A DNA stretch of 64,000 nucleotides. It comes from Bispira polyomma (taxonomy: Eukaryota). A model generated the notes under the pieces. It worked only from the letters and a program-made list of their open reading frames with translations. It made no database searches and had not been told where the DNA came from. Both the position numbers and the translations under genes were made by a program. Of this stretch, positions 11,243 through 25,810 are shown in pieces (positions within the stretch are counted from its first letter, which is position 1; each line of letters opens with the position of its first letter). The stretch lies in the NCBI GenBank assembly GCA_965649765.1, contig OZ287754.1:24800001-24864000 (forward strand), written 5' to 3'.

Positions 11243-12200
11243 TTACATACAATAAGCTCTTCTAAAAAGATATGACTTTAATTGTTTTTTGAAAGATGTC
11301 ACTGATTCACAGTTTTGTATGTTTTCAGGAAGTTTATTCCAAAGTTCTGGTGCTGCCTTTCCAAAGACTTTGTGACCATATTTCTTTAAGTTGGTTTTGG
11401 GTATTGTCAGTAAGGAATCACTTGTGGAGCGAAGTGTACGTGTTGGATTATATGGAGTAAGAAGGTCAGTGAGGTATTTTAGTCCCGTGTCCTTTAGGCA
11501 TTTGTAAGTGATAAGGAGTAGTTTGTATTTAATCCTCTCTTCTATTGGGAGCCAGTGTAATTCAGTCAATAATTAAGTTACAGAGTCAAATTTTTGGCCA
11601 CCTAGGATTAATTTTGCTGCACAGTTCAAAACTGAGTGTAATTTGTTGAGCTGCTTTTTTGACATTTGTAGAGATGTAAGCAAACGGTTACAAAAGCATG
11701 GACGAGGGTTTAGCATGCCCTTTTGCTAAGATATTTTCTAATTTTATTCAGGTTTCTTAGATGACTCTAAGCTGCAGCTATGTGATTAATTTGATGCTGC
11801 ATACTTAGTTCTGAGTCCAGATAGACGCTAATGATTTTCACAGAGGATTTAATCACAATTTTTAGGTTTTTTGCTTGAATTAAGGTAATGCTGCATTTTT
11901 TAAGCTGTACTTTAGTTTCAAAACCCTTAGCCTCCGTCTTGTCATCATTCAATTTTAGAATTTTTGCAGCAGCTTTCAATTCCTAAAACTGCGTCTGTTA
12001 CTGCAGTTTCCTTGAAGTGTTCACTGCCTTGAAGTGAACATATAACTGGGAGTCATCTGCGTAGAAGTGGATAGCACTGAATGTGATCTAATGACTCTGC
12101 CAACTGGCTTTGTGAAGTTTGAATATTTACCTGGTCCAAGAAGAGACCCTTGTGGAACATTCAGTTTTATGATGGCATCCTTTGATAACATGTTTTTCAC
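11243..12200 (-). mobile_element. Decayed L2/CR1-clade LINE 3' fragment
   Basis: LHWLPIEERIKYK...AAPELWNKLP...FKKQLKSYLF C-terminus, LKLNDDKTE, and YADD / PQGS remnants at ~12050-12160. Confidence 0.85.
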
Positions 12201-13800
12201 TAGCAGAAATCAAATTCAGCCATCAATGTGCAGAGATAATTTATGTGAAAATGTGTAAAATTAGCCATTGTGGAGAATAGAATCCAGAACCTTCTGACCA
12301 TAAAAGCAGACCATAGGACAGATACCGTCAAGTTATTTGATTATAGAGCCAGAATGTCTGATAATTAAAACAACAATGTTGATTTCAAACTGTGCATGTC
12401 TTTATTTGAAAAGATTGTGATATGATTAAAAACATTTCTTTTAACAAAAACACTGCTTACCCGATCTTTATATAACTTAAGTTTTTGACAATTTATCAAA
12501 AATCCCCAAAATATTTACTTTTCCATCAAGTTTAATTCTTTCTAGCAACACTTATACCATCAAGATTTATGGGATAATGATGTAGTTATATATCTGTCGA
12601 TTTAGAAGATTCAAACGAGCATAATTGATGGATAAGCATAAAGAACTTATAAAATCGTCAACGTCATAAAGTAATAAATGTTAAGAATATAGCTATATGC
12701 ATACACAAAATTAATATTACTGTGTGAGTGATGTTAAATATACATCATTAAAATTAATAACAGTATTAGCCAAAGCTTTACATGTGACATTAGCCCCAAT
12801 TAACAACAGTATTAGCCCCAAACCAAAGCTTTACATGTGACCTGACCAATTTTATATTACTCAATAATTAAATGATAATTGTTTCACAAGACAGAAAAGT
12901 ATTAAAACATACTTGTAGAATTAAGTTTCAAGTAAATATGTTTTTTATAATTATAATTGTATTATTTTTAAAATATCACATGGTCTTTAAAGATTGAGGT
13001 AATGAATAACAAACTAAAGCAAAACAAATTTTCAGTCCACACCAGTTTGATAAAAATGTTAAGTATATTATTTTCACTATATCACTGCTAACTTCAAATT
13101 TATAGGTAAAAAAGAGTTATTTAAAATTAATGAATGCCTCATACTTAAATGGAATTGTTTTGCATTCTTTGAAATTGTTGATAAATTATATAAAAGTATT
13201 ACGTATCCATTACTAGTAAAGACTAAAAGAAAGTATGTTATTGGTAATATAGAAGATTGATTAAACAACAATACAGTATAGGAAATGTTGATAATCGGAT
13301 TTGACACTTTCATCAGCACATCTTAAAATGTTCAAAACATGTAGTCTTTATTTAAATACATAGTTTACTTTAGAGTCAAACGACAATAACTAGTGGAAAT
13401 CATCGTAATTGAAATTTAACAACAGTATTGGCCCTTTACTGAAGTTTTACCTGTAGCATTATAAATTGTTATTAGTTAATAAATAAATGATTACTCGTTT
13501 AGTAGCAAAATAGATTGAATTAATGAATAAATATACAAAAATAAAATAAATTTTCTGTCCAAACCATTTAATTTTTTTTTATGATGTTCTGTTACTGTCA
13601 ATTACATTAAAACTCTTTGTTATTTACATTCTTATTCTTTGTTATTTACATTCTTATTCTCTATTAAAAGCTAAAATAAATTAAATAACTTAAATCAAGT
13701 ATACACACAACTTTCAAATTGATAGTGTCAAACAGTTGGTTCTTTAGTTTAGAGTTGATCAAAACGTCAGCCTTAAATAATAAGCTTCTTTTGTTCTTGC

Positions 13801-16800
13801 TTAGTTGTTCATCCACATGGCTGGAATGGTCAGCATCATCAGTGTAAGGCAAGGTTCCTTTAGTGTTGCACTGCCTTCAGCTAACGAAAGTTAAAAAACA
13901 GATATTACTTGACAGGTTCAGTCTATTACAAAGGCAGTTTTTACTTTTTACAGGTGGGTACCCAAATCTTGAATAATAATAATAGCACATACTATCTACT
14001 TAATCCACAATAGAAAGTATTAACTTTTGAACTGACATTTAAATTTGTTGATGAAGCATAAATAGTTAAGGCAATAAGTGAATGTGTAATCTAGCACTCT
14101 GTTCCAGAATATATGAGTTAAATTTTATTTTGTGTGTACTCACCTTGACAAACAGTGTTGTCTTCCCTGAGGACTTTGTCATTACTACAAGCCGTACAAT
14201 TGTCATGTGAGACACATGCTGCACAATCACCCATTGCCTCAGAGCAAGCTAAAGATATAGCATAATATTTAGCCTTTTGTGTTTAATAGTACAGATTTAC
14301 ATAAATAAAAGATATCTCCTTAGTAACTCAAGCACAAATAGGTTGGGTAATAGGTGAAGGGTACTCAGTTCTAAAAAATATAATTAGGGTGACTGTGTAA
14401 CAGGCGGGAGCCAGGAAGTATGGGCACCTTTATCTGGTCAATTGAGCATGAATTCAAACGTAGGTCTTCTGTGTTCCTTAGCGAATAGTGTTACCCATTA
14501 GCCCACCTTGACTGACAAAACAAATAATCACAAAAAAAAAAAATGTAAACCTTGTAAAAGCAAATCTGTTGTCTTGCCTAAAACATGATTTAATGTGCAT
14601 ATTTAAAATTAAAGTTAAGATAATGATAGTTGTGAGGCTTGATATGTGCACAATTTTCAAAATATTTTATGACACAAAAGTTCTATTGTGATATTGACAT
14701 TGAGAAGACATTTGAAATTTATTTTAGTTGTACTTACTTTGACAGCCAGTGTTGTCTTCCTTTAGTACTTTGTCATTAGTACAATTCATACAATGGTTAT
14801 GTGAGTCACATTCTACACAATCTTCCATTGCCTCAGAGCAAGCTGAATATAGCATTATATTTAGCATGTTGTGTTCAATAGTACAAATTTACATTACTAC
14901 AAGTTATCTCCTTTATAACATAAGCACAAAATAGATTGGGTAATAAGTGAAGGTGTAATAGCATAATCGGTTCTAAAAGATAGAATTCTGGTGGCTGTGT
15001 AATGGGCGGGAACCAGGAAGTATGGGCACCTGTATCTGGTCAATTGAGAATGGATTCAAACGTAGGTCCTCTGTGTTCGTTAGCGAATGTGTTGCACACT
15101 AGCCCAACTTGACTGACAAAATAAATGATCACAAAATCTATAACTAAGTAGTAGTTAAGGTAATGATACTTGTGAAGCATGATATGTGCACAATTTTCGA
15201 AATATCTATTATGACACAAAAGTTTTAATGTGATATTGACTTTGAGAAGACATTTGAGATTTATTTTGGTTGTACTTACTTTGACAGCCAGTGTTGTCTT
15301 CCTTTAGTACTTTGTCATTAGTACAATTCATACAATGGTCATGTGAGTCACATTCTACACAATCTTCCAATGCCTCCAAACAAGCTGAACATAGCATGGA
15401 ACAGATTTACATTACTACAAGTTATCTCCTAGATGAACATGCATGCAATAATCTTTTTTTTTAAAAAGTAATATCAATAATTTAGTTATTTCCATTATGT
15501 ATGCGGTGCAGTACTTAGAAGTATCTTCATTAATTTATGGGGGTCACCCATTATTTTAGTGGAGTTTGCTGCATAATCACTGGCCTCTCATCAATGTGGT
15601 TTGAATCCTATTGATTCCTTTATGTAGAAATTTTGTCTGGTACTTTCTACTGGCCAGTGGTTTACACTTTACACTACCACTGGTTTCCCACTGTTAAATC
15701 TGACCATGATATGACCTGTTGAAAGTAACATTAAAGGTAACCAAATTTTAATCCCGTTATATTAAAGGTATACTTTACTTTATAATTTGTCCACATGTTT
15801 TGGACATATTATATCCTTCATTTTGTTCTTGTAGATGTAGCTCAATGAGTAGAGTTCAATACGGTAGACTTAGACTTACTGTGTTAATAAAAAATTTGGC
15901 TATTGTTACATGCAGAATTCTGTTTAGTTCTGAAGGTTTTGTGAGCCATGTTATCAATCTCATTTTGGAGAAAATCAAAGATGGATTATTTGTCCAGTCC
16001 TTTGTGTTTTATTGTGTTTACACTTTCTGAGTTGAGTTAAACCATGTGACTGCAAATATGTTTTATGCTGTGGAGATCCTGATGGGATACAAATTTTAAG
16101 AGCTATATCAGACAATTCATGCATATATTGCCTGCTATAATATGCAAGTAATAATGAATACTTTATAATAATATTAGCCATCTTAGATTTTTATGACAAA
16201 AGTGTTTTTGTATTTCTCTTATGGGGTAATTTAGTATCATCACTTTCTTCTTTTGATACACTAAACAGTAATATAGAAAATTAAAAATATCTTAAAACTG
16301 TGCGAGTGATTTTGACTCTGACTTCTCCCACAACAGTCGTGTTTTAAACATCAACAAATCATACTATTATAACATTTGCGACTTTTATCGGCACCTAATT
16401 ATTGAAAATAATGTTGCTGTCAACTTGACTGTTACTAGAATATCAATACAATTACAAGGATGTTTTATGAAGTTATCATATTTTAAGGTATTATGCTATA
16501 AATGATCAGTATGTTTGTAGTAAGATTGACATATAATTAGCTGGCAAACTTTAAACGATAACTGTGCATGCATCATGTTGGGCTGCATCATGTTGGGCTG
16601 TTGAAAACCTTTAATGCACTACAAAATCATGTTATTACATGTTGGGAAATTTAAACTGTTATGAATACTGCTCACCTTCACAAGCATCACCTTCAGCATT
16701 TACCACCAGATCCATATCACAAGCTGTGCAAAGGTCATGAGCTGTGCAATTAGTGCAATCGTCCATTAACACTGGGCATTCTGAAACATCATGAAAGACT

Positions 16801-19169
16801 TGGGCAAGGATTTTGTTAGGGTTTATTTCCGTCAATAATTCAAATAATGTCATTATTATGTTCTGGCATATTTAGCAAAATCATCTATATATTTAAGGGT
16901 ATATGTCCCGCGTTTTAGACATTCCGAAAGATTAATATCGTTCTTACAAATAGAATAGCTATTTGTTGGAGGCATCCAACGAACTGACTGACAAACAAAG
17001 ACATAGTTTTAGGCCACCTTAAGAATACCAGTTAATACTTCCTTTCTTCTTGCCTGCTTTAATTCAGCTTATGTTAGGAATTTATTCCAAATTTAAAGGA
17101 ATGTTACTTGCCATTTATTAACAAGGTGAGTACCTCCCCCTTCCTTGCAATTCAGTGTTTCCTATGGTTTGTCTTGCAACAAAAACGGATAAAAGTGAAC
17201 TGTATCGGGGTCCTCACGGGACACTAACGGATCACAGCATAGATATTTTGTCTCTGTTTACCAGTCAGTTGGACGGCTGCCACATATAGCTATTACCCTC
17301 CTAATAATTTGTAAATGTGCTTCTTTGAATGTTAAAATTTTGAATATCTTTTGTGTAGACAAACATCTAACTGTAACACTTCACTACATATGCAATTCAT
17401 ATCTGAAACAAAATAATAAATTAAGATCTACCTTCACAAGAATCCCTGCTGACATCCACTCCAAAACCAGTCTCACAAACTGTGCACACATTGTAGCCTG
17501 TACAGTCCATGCAGTTGCTCATCGCCTCAGAACAGGCTAAATGCAATAAAAAGTAACATCCACTAATCACTTGAACAGTGCTCAATAGCAAGACATTTTA
17601 AGCTTTAAAATGATGGATAAATGACTAGGAAAACTATTTTCAAAAATATAGGAATCATTCAAATATTAATAATTGAAGGTCCTATAAAGAACAAAAGATA
17701 TGGATCATTTTTGAAGACGTTAATTCTCCGTTAGTAAGCATACAAGGTCATCACAAAAAGGTGTTCAATTGGCTAAAGTGGGTATGGATGGGAGCTAGGC
17801 TAACCTGAAAACCATAGTTGTGGTAGTTTAATTTAAGCAACTTGAACTGCAGCAGTTTCTATTGTGCTTGTTAAGACCAACCACCTATTGCCAGATGTCA
17901 GGTCTTGATGAGACGTTACAGATCAGCGGCCAGGTTCAAAGTTATGGCTTTATACACCTAGAGGCTAAACTAAAAAGGTATTTACTGTTTTAAGGGTAGC
18001 ATAAGGGTGACACATATTTAGGCAAGATGATATACTCAACCTAACTGATATATAGTACAGCAGAGAGCTTTTATACTCAGTTAAATTAACTTGATTTAAT
18101 CTATGCAACAATGATTTGTTGTAGTCCAAATGGCTGCTACCAATGTATTTGCCATTTGCAAATGGCGGCTACCAATGTATTTGAGGGGCCGCGGTGGCCT
18201 AGTGGTTAGCAAGTATTGCACTTCACAATCACTGGTCTCTCACCTCTGGGCGGCGTGAGTTCAAATCCCATCAATGCCTATGTGGGAAAGGTTGTAGTTC
18301 CTTACTGTGGGCCGCTGGTTTCAGTGCAGAACCTTGACTGACTGTATGCAATTTTTCCTCCAGCGTTTCCAACTACCCGTCCCAATATAACCTACTAAAA
18401 GGTACTAGAGTGGACATTAAATATCCAAATTCAAAAATTCAAACCAATGTATTTGCCACCAGGACACCAAATTTAGAAAATAGTTGGCTGAAAAAATAAC
18501 TGTATTGAGTCCAACCTAAGTCTAGATGTGTAGGGGAACTTGATAAGTTATTCTGGCTGAGATTAATTTTTCGTTCAGACCTAAATCTCATATCAAGATA
18601 ACACCTCATAAAAGTTATTATATATATAGCAATATTATAGTGACTTATCAGATTCATGGGACGGGAGTGCCACATTGGTAACCATATTAATTGCGCAGTT
18701 TGTGCCATAGCTTGCTGGAGATAAGTTTGCTATAATACTCTGTCTTATCCTCGTTAACAAGTACATTGCACCGAGCAATCTGGCGATGAAGTCGACTTCT
18801 ATTCAATAGATTCTTGGCCCTTCAACAAGTTCATTTCACAAATAGGTTGGGTAATAAGTGAAGGGTACTCGGTTCTAAAAGATATGATTCGAGTTGCTGT
18901 GTAACGGGCGGGAACCAGGAAGCATGGGCACCTGTATCTAGTCAATTGAGAATGGATTCAAAGGTAGGTCCTCTGTGTTCCTGTACGAATTGTGGTAGTC
19001 CAAATATAACTATACTAATACCAATATATTTACCAATCCCAAATTACCTTGACCATAATATGTAATCATACACCCCAATGTGATAATTGCTATTATTTAC
19101 AAATGTCATATTCCTGTCGTATCATAACAAATTATTCAGAAAATATGTACTTATGTAATAATACATTTA

Positions 19170-19204
<35 letters not shown>

Positions 19205-22200
19205 TAGATTGTATTTCTTCGAATCTTGCATATAGTAATTCGATCTGGCATTTGTCAGTAGACTTACTGAACAAAATAAGGAGCTGAGTAGTATGTACAA
19301 AGTAAGTAAATTTGCACCAACCAGAATGTATATAATGTGTGTGTTTCAGACACAAAAAGTCACTCACTTAAGCATGCCTTCTCATCCAGTTTAAACACTC
19401 TGTCCCCTTCACATTCGGTACAGTTAGTGAGGATATAGTCATCTTCTTCATATATTTTACAAGGCAGGCAGTTGGAGACATCAGTACAAGCTGTAACATG
19501 AGCAAATCATATGGACCCTATTAATATATCATTCACTACATGATGTGGGACAGTTGTTGGATACTAGATCGGTGGTTTTATATCTACCATTATTAGATCT
19601 GGCCATCGTGAAATGAAACCAAGCTGTTGTAAGCAACAAAAACCCATACATATCGTCTTTTTAGGAACCAGTACTCGGAATGGTATGGTAAAACAATATT
19701 TAGTCATAACAATAAAGTACAGTCCTTCACTGGAAATGCCTGAGAATAAGAATTTATCCCCTTGACTTTGCTTATTGTTACTAAAAATAGAAATGTGGAC
19801 AAAATTGGTCCTAATTTTTTTCAAAATATCAGAACATCAAAAGGGGCTTTAACTTTTATTAAAAAAACTGTTGGACTTATTGATACATCTATAGCCATAT
19901 ACAAATAATAGGAACAGGAGCTCTGTGCGTGAGGAAGCCCACTGAATTGAATTTGAATCTGATTGTGGAGGAGGCCAACTTTGAGGGGTTTATACATAAA
20001 TATAGACAATTTTGTGCAATGTTTGTTGCTGTTATGTAACTCTGTAAAGAATAGGGTCCTAATTAGAAGATTTGTGCTTAAAGTAGTTTAAAAGCACAAA
20101 AAATTTATTTGTATTTCAGAAACAATAAATCATGCCAAAGAATGGTGGATATTTTGCTATTTCTAGTAGTGTGTGTAAAATATTTTAGGTGTAATTTTGA
20201 AGTAGTGTAACCAGCTTTACAAATTGTAATTAAGAATTAAGTTGGTTTGACATCACTTAAAAAGACTTATGATTATGAAACAAATGCTTTTTCACTAAGC
20301 CATCACTACCACCCACTCCCCCAGGAGTAGGAAATGAAATACATAACTTCTGTTGTTTTCAACTCTACACAACATGACACAGCTTCTAAGTTGTAATAAG
20401 TTGTTACTTACTTGGGATAAAAATCCAGATTGCTGGGTCAGTACATTCATCTGGGTCATAAGTTATAGCTGGAGTCATGCAGCCTGCTTCCTCTGCTGGT
20501 TTTGGGTTTGGGTAACTTTTTGCCAAATGTACCGGAATAGACTCAACAATCATGCCAATGACAGTGACATACTCAGATTCATGTACAAGCTTAAAGTACG
20601 TTATAACTTCAGAATCTATAAAGGTATTTTCTTCAGACTTAATCCCTCTTTCTGTTCCGGAAAATACTAGTAAAATTTCGTCTGTTTAAAAAAAAAAGAA
20701 AAAGACATAATCGGAGAAAACACATGAAAAGCAAGTTTTAGATGTATCAAAATCAAACAACTTTAATTACATGTTCAGTCTAATAGCAGATGGGGTTCCC
20801 GAGGTTCAAATCAAGTTTTCTCTGCATGTGTTCTCTTATATGTGTGTATAATTTAAATTATTTTTGTTTTGAATACTTCTACATAACCTTTATTTAGGCA
20901 TTGTATGGCAGAGTTATTAGTTTCTAATACATTTTTAATGAGAACTGATAAACAATAGTCAAACGGTTCAATAATATGCAGTAGCTTTGCTTTTATACAT
21001 GCTGACACATCATGATTCAATTATGACCATTTTTAATTGAAAGACATTCACGGAAACAGGTTGTAGATAGTTGGAGTCATTAAATTACACATCTCAGATG
21101 ACTCACGGAATTTCACAACAACTTCATGTATAGTTTTTAGGGTTAAGGTCCAATTACATGTCCTTGTATGCTTCACAGGTTTTTTGTTGTTAGGAAAAAT
21201 ATTCCAACGATTGGTTCTTCCAACAATTAAAAAATATCATGTCACCTTTTCAGGATTAAGATTAACATTATGTTTCACATCACATTTTTCACAAAATCTA
21301 TACAGTTATTATCACATCATATCTAACTGCTGCAATAAATATATTACCAACATGGCCAACAATAATAATGGAGACCACTTTTCTTTTTGATATACACTGA
21401 ACTAGAGCCACTTCAAGAAATCTTACATACCAAAATACACCTTAGTGGGCAAATCGAGTAGTAGACTCATTGTAGTGCACTGCAGTAGGTCTGATGTCAG
21501 TGTCAGCCCTTCACGTATCAGGCATTGAGATTTGTCTCCATTATACATGATCACATCTGGGCCTAATAAATAGTGACAACAAAATTTTATATACAAAAGG
21601 TTTACTTCTGACGTTGGTACTGGAAGAAGGATATATATTGATTCCTTCTTTGTATATGATTTATGTCGTCTTGTAGTGGTGAAGCAGTAACATATTGACC
21701 ATTTTGATACATGTATTGTAAATATGCAAAATACTTGTTAATATGGCACAAAACCAAATTTTATATACAAAAGGTTTACTTCCGACGTTGGTATTGAAAG
21801 AAGGATATTGATTCCTTCTTTGTATATGATTTATGTTGTCATGTAGTAGTAAAGCAGTAGGTGGAACATATAAACCATTTTGATACATTGTAAATATGCA
21901 AAATACCTGTTAATATGGCACTCGATATGTATAAATCAACACACAATAAAATATATATCATTCTTTATTATTTTCGACTCATAAAAATATAAGTATGTTG
22001 CTGATACAATAAAATTAAGGCAATTAAAGTAAGACAGTATATTTTTGCAACGTGGATTATCAACGTTTGGTTTTATGTGTTTAAGTTAATATATCGTCAT
22101 CCAAACAACCCCAAACAAGTGTTCAAATTACAAAATTCTAAAAGTCAAAGGCCAAATGGTTTGAATGAGGTGTCATGACGTTTGTCTGGTTGGAGAAAAC

Positions 22201-23114
22201 TTTACAGAGTGATTGCAAACTACTAAAACATAAGGAGGATAACAAAGTATATTTAGATTTCACATTAACTATGAAAGAGATTTCTTGTGCTTTAACATAT
22301 ATTGCAGGCTACAATTGTTCAGACATTAGTACCAAACTAAATATAAATAGGTTATCCATCAATTGAGTTTAAAGCTACAGTAGTAAAGTAGCACACTTTC
22401 AAGAAGCTCTTTCACATGCAAGATAGTTTATCGGCAATTAATTTATGTTTTATCATTACTAAACCTTTAATGCCAAAAATGGACAAAATTGGTGGTTTAC
22501 AGTTCAATCTAAATTCTTATATGGTATTACTGTCCTTGCCGAAAGCATCTAACTATGTTAAAATAGGACTAAAACCCCAATTAAGTGGTAACACATGCTG
22601 CTCACCTCTGCAGTCCAGCTGGTGTTAAACTTGGTCATGGGCTGTATTTGGAAAAATTGATAATATACTTTCTGAAAGCTTGTCTTTTTGCCAAGCAGGA
22701 CACCTTAAAAGAGCTGACCATCATGATATTGCACAATATGTGTTGAAAGCCATGTTAAACCAAAACTACAATACCTGATATGAAAACATCAGGGATGTTA
22801 TTCTTGAACGTATACTCGGCTCAAACTCATACTCAACTCAAATCTGGATTCTCTATAACTCGGGATACGGTAAATATATCTAAAATCTGACTTGATACTT
22901 GAATTCAGGGTTAAAAGCTCTATTAAAATGAATGGTCACAAGTATAGGTTACTCCCATGTACATTGATTTCCACATGACCTATACTTGAGTTGAGTATGA
23001 GTTTAAGCCGAGTATACGTTTGAGAATACGGGCCCAGGAGCTTTAGCATTTGAATACAATGGAAGGTAAAAACAACATACCGAAATAGAGGCTTTTAACT
23101 TGTGCTGATGTCAC
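13801..23114 (-). CDS. Host multi-exon gene for a Cys-rich (CxxC repeat) protein with a probable GPI-anchor signal; 5' exons uncertain
   Basis: GT-AG exons in consistent phase: 23114-23081, 20681-20412, 19490-19368, 17536-17432, 16780-16676, 15384-15280, 14842-14738, 14248-14144, 13880-13801. Five 105-nt phase-1 exons each encode a 6-Cys unit (e.g. ACSEAMEDCVECDSHNHCMNCTNDKVLKEDNTGCQ). Last exon reads AEGSATLKEPCLTLMMLTIPAMWMNN*. Confidence 0.85.
14130..15430. repeat. Tandem triplication of an exon-plus-intron unit (~540-590 bp)
   Basis: Near-identical exons at 14144, 14738 and 15280 with homologous flanking intron sequence. Confidence 0.9.
14333..14485 (-). mobile_element. SINE-like interspersed repeat (other copies at ~14925-15088 and ~18836-18990)
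   Basis: Three ~150-bp homologous copies (ggcgggaaccaggaagtatgggcacc...), with a B-box-like GTTTGAATCC on the minus strand. Confidence 0.65.
18184..18442 (+). mobile_element. tRNA-derived SINE with target-site duplication
   Basis: A box TGGCCTAGTGG, B box GTTCAAATCC, 13-bp TSD accaatgtatttg (18171-18183 / 18443-18455). Homologous copy at ~24420-24655. Confidence 0.85.
21585..21905. repeat. Tandem duplication of a ~175-bp intronic unit
   Basis: ttttatatacaaaagg...gattccttctttgtatatgatttatg...gtaaatatgcaaaatac occurs twice in succession. Confidence 0.8.
22798..23038. mobile_element. MITE-like inverted repeat element
   Basis: ~42-bp arms: attcttgaacgtatactcggctcaaactcatactcaactcaa and ttgagttgagtatgagtttaagccgagtatacgtttgagaat. 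Confidence 0.75.
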
Positions 23115-24419
23115 CTGAAAGTAGAAAAAATTATAAGAAGCGATAAATACAATTTGTGGAGTAATGATGACTTAAAAATATCAATTTTTGATACTGAAAT
23201 ATGATTGTTTCATCAGTAGACATTCAAAGAATTGCTAACTAGTTATACCTTAAGCATGATATATACTCAGGTGAATACTAGAGATATGTGTTGGGAAACA
23301 TTAGTTTCTTCTGTTACCAGACAAAAGAAGCATGTTCTATCTTTTTCTAGTGTAGAAATTTAAATCTATACCTAATAATAACCGACGACTTCAGTGACCT
23401 TCAGTGACCTTGACCTTTGATCACAAAGTGAAGTAAAAAAATTTAAGGTTTGGGATAATATTCTTACACATTAGTAAATCTGTGGTTGTTAGATGGAATA
23501 TATATCTTTACAATATTCAAAAACATGGTTTAAAAATACTTCCCACTCAGGGGAACAAAATACTGAGATAAATGTAGCATAAGAGCATCAAATATATTTC
23601 ATAAGATTAATACAAAAACATAAATAAAAAATATTGGACGCTTGTTTACAAATTGAAGTCTAATGTTGTAAAGCTGAAGTAGGCCATAAGCATTTAATTA
23701 GTGCGATTGGAAATGTAAAAAATTAACATTAATATTTCCAATGTACTGTATTAGAATATTTTAAAAATCCTGATATATAAAACATTATTGGTGAGTGGAA
23801 AATGCTCCTTGATAACATCAGGAGTTAAACATTAGACAGATTAAACTGTTAAAGATAAATTAGCTGACCTTAATTAAAAGTTATACGCTTCATTTATAGT
23901 GTGGTTTACATTATTTTTACAGACTAACATTTAGATGAACCTGAATACATACAGTTTAATTAGTTATAAATTGAGGGGGGAAGTCGTAAAATTCGTAAAA
24001 CTCAGAAGACAATAACATATTAGATGAACCTGAATACATATGCCAAGTATTTACCAAGGTAGAATATGTACCAAGGAGTTTGTAATAAAATTTGTATTAT
24101 CAAACATGATGGCGTCGTCCTACTTTCAAGACCTAAATAACATGATTCCATCATCGTTTTAAAATGTGTGAATGTGTATATTGCAAAGTGTACACTGGAG
24201 TATTATATATGCAAGATAGTTTACTGTTTATCTCTGTGCGAGGTTGCCTTTACGCATGTATCCAGTGACAATTTACATGGAAAAAAAATATTGTCACACA
24301 CAAAACATAGATAGTCATACATAAGAAACCTCAAACTTAAAATCAACATTGAACCCCTATTTTTTACCCTCATTTCAGTAATGTTTACTACTATAAATAA
24401 TACAATCATAGAACAAAAA

Positions 24420-24655
24420 CGTTGGCGGTTAGCATGCATTGCGTTTCACAATCACTGGTCTCTCACCTCTGGGTGGTGTGAGTTCGACTCCTGTCGATGC
24501 CAATGTGGGAATGTGGTAGTTCCTTACTGTGGGCCGCAGGTTTCTGCGCAGAACCTTGATCAACTGTATGAAGGTGTTTCCTGCAGCGTTTCCAACTACC
24601 CGTCCCGATATACCTTAACAGGTACTAGAGTGGACGTTAAATATCCCAATTTTAA
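24420..24655 (+). mobile_element. tRNA-derived SINE, second copy (5' eroded)
   Basis: Colinear with 18200-18435; B box GTTCGACTCC. Confidence 0.8.
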
Positions 24656-25049
24656 AAACCCTTCTATATTATATTGTACGTGAAAATGTCAGAGCTTTTA
24701 TGGACATAAACAGAACCAAGTTAAATTCAAAAGGAATTGAACACAATGATAGTCATTCTATTATAATCTCAATTCAGGGGCGACTTTAGCAATCGCCCTG
24801 CATGCAAGTTACATTCCCAGCTGACTCAGCAACTCAACCCATACTTTTTGTTTTTGTGACTAGTGCATTATTTTTACAATTGTTAAATATACGATGGTTT
24901 GTACGTCTTTGCGTGTTGAGTTCATAATGCGTCACATTTTCTGCAGAAACAATAGGGGGGGATCTAATTATGCAATCACAGATGGTCTACATGGGTGAGA
25001 TCTTTGCTCTTGTACTGTGTGATCCTTGCAATGTATGGTTAATGTTTTA

Positions 25050-25810
25050 TGCCTGTTGGAATGTCGTGAGGAAACTCTGTGACATAAATCTTAATAATAC
25101 TCAATGGTAAAACAGTTGTGGTCTTCTCAGTGAACTATCAATGAATTTATACTCAGTCTGAATGAAGACATGCAAAAAAGGTGGGGTGCGAATTATTTTT
25201 GGCAAGAATATATGATTAAAACTATTGAAAACTATTGAAAACATGTTATCAATTGTAAAATCTTATAAAGAAAATAAATGCTTTGGGGATACAAACATTA
25301 ATACGTATATGTGGGCCTAATAAAGATTCACCTTCTTTTTACAATAATATTTTCAATGCTGTTGTTTCTCATGTTGAAGTTTATGTTCTCATATGTGGAG
25401 ACTTCAACTTAGCCTTAAATTCTCTCAAAATGAATGTCCAATTATACTATTATTAATAATCTATAATTAAGAAAGGTTGTTTTAAATGTGATGGAGGACT
25501 TGAATTAACTGATGTCGATAGGAATTGGCATTAAGATACCCTCAAAAATTCCTTTAAGAAACAAAGTTGAATACACTATTTCGTGGCATCAAAAATTTAT
25601 CAAAGTTGATTCATCTTGTACCTGGTCATAGAAATGACCATTCTTTAATTAAGTTAGAAATATTTATTGCTAAGTTTGAATATGGAGAACAACTGTGCAA
25701 GTTCAACACACTATTACTGTAAGGACAGGAATATGTAAAATTGATAAATAAAACAAATAACAGACAATGTGTTTAATATGTGATTCATGTGTATAATTTT
25801 GAGTATTTGA
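25050..25810 (+). mobile_element. Highly decayed L1-clade APE endonuclease remnant
   Basis: Fragments GPNKDSPSF (~25315), LICGDFNLAL (~25390) and PGHRNDHS (~25620) match the endonuclease at 40539-41513. Confidence 0.7.

Noticed and set aside
18184-18275. tRNA gene
   Set aside because: A and B boxes are present, but it continues into a repeated body with a TSD and has a second copy, so it is a SINE head.
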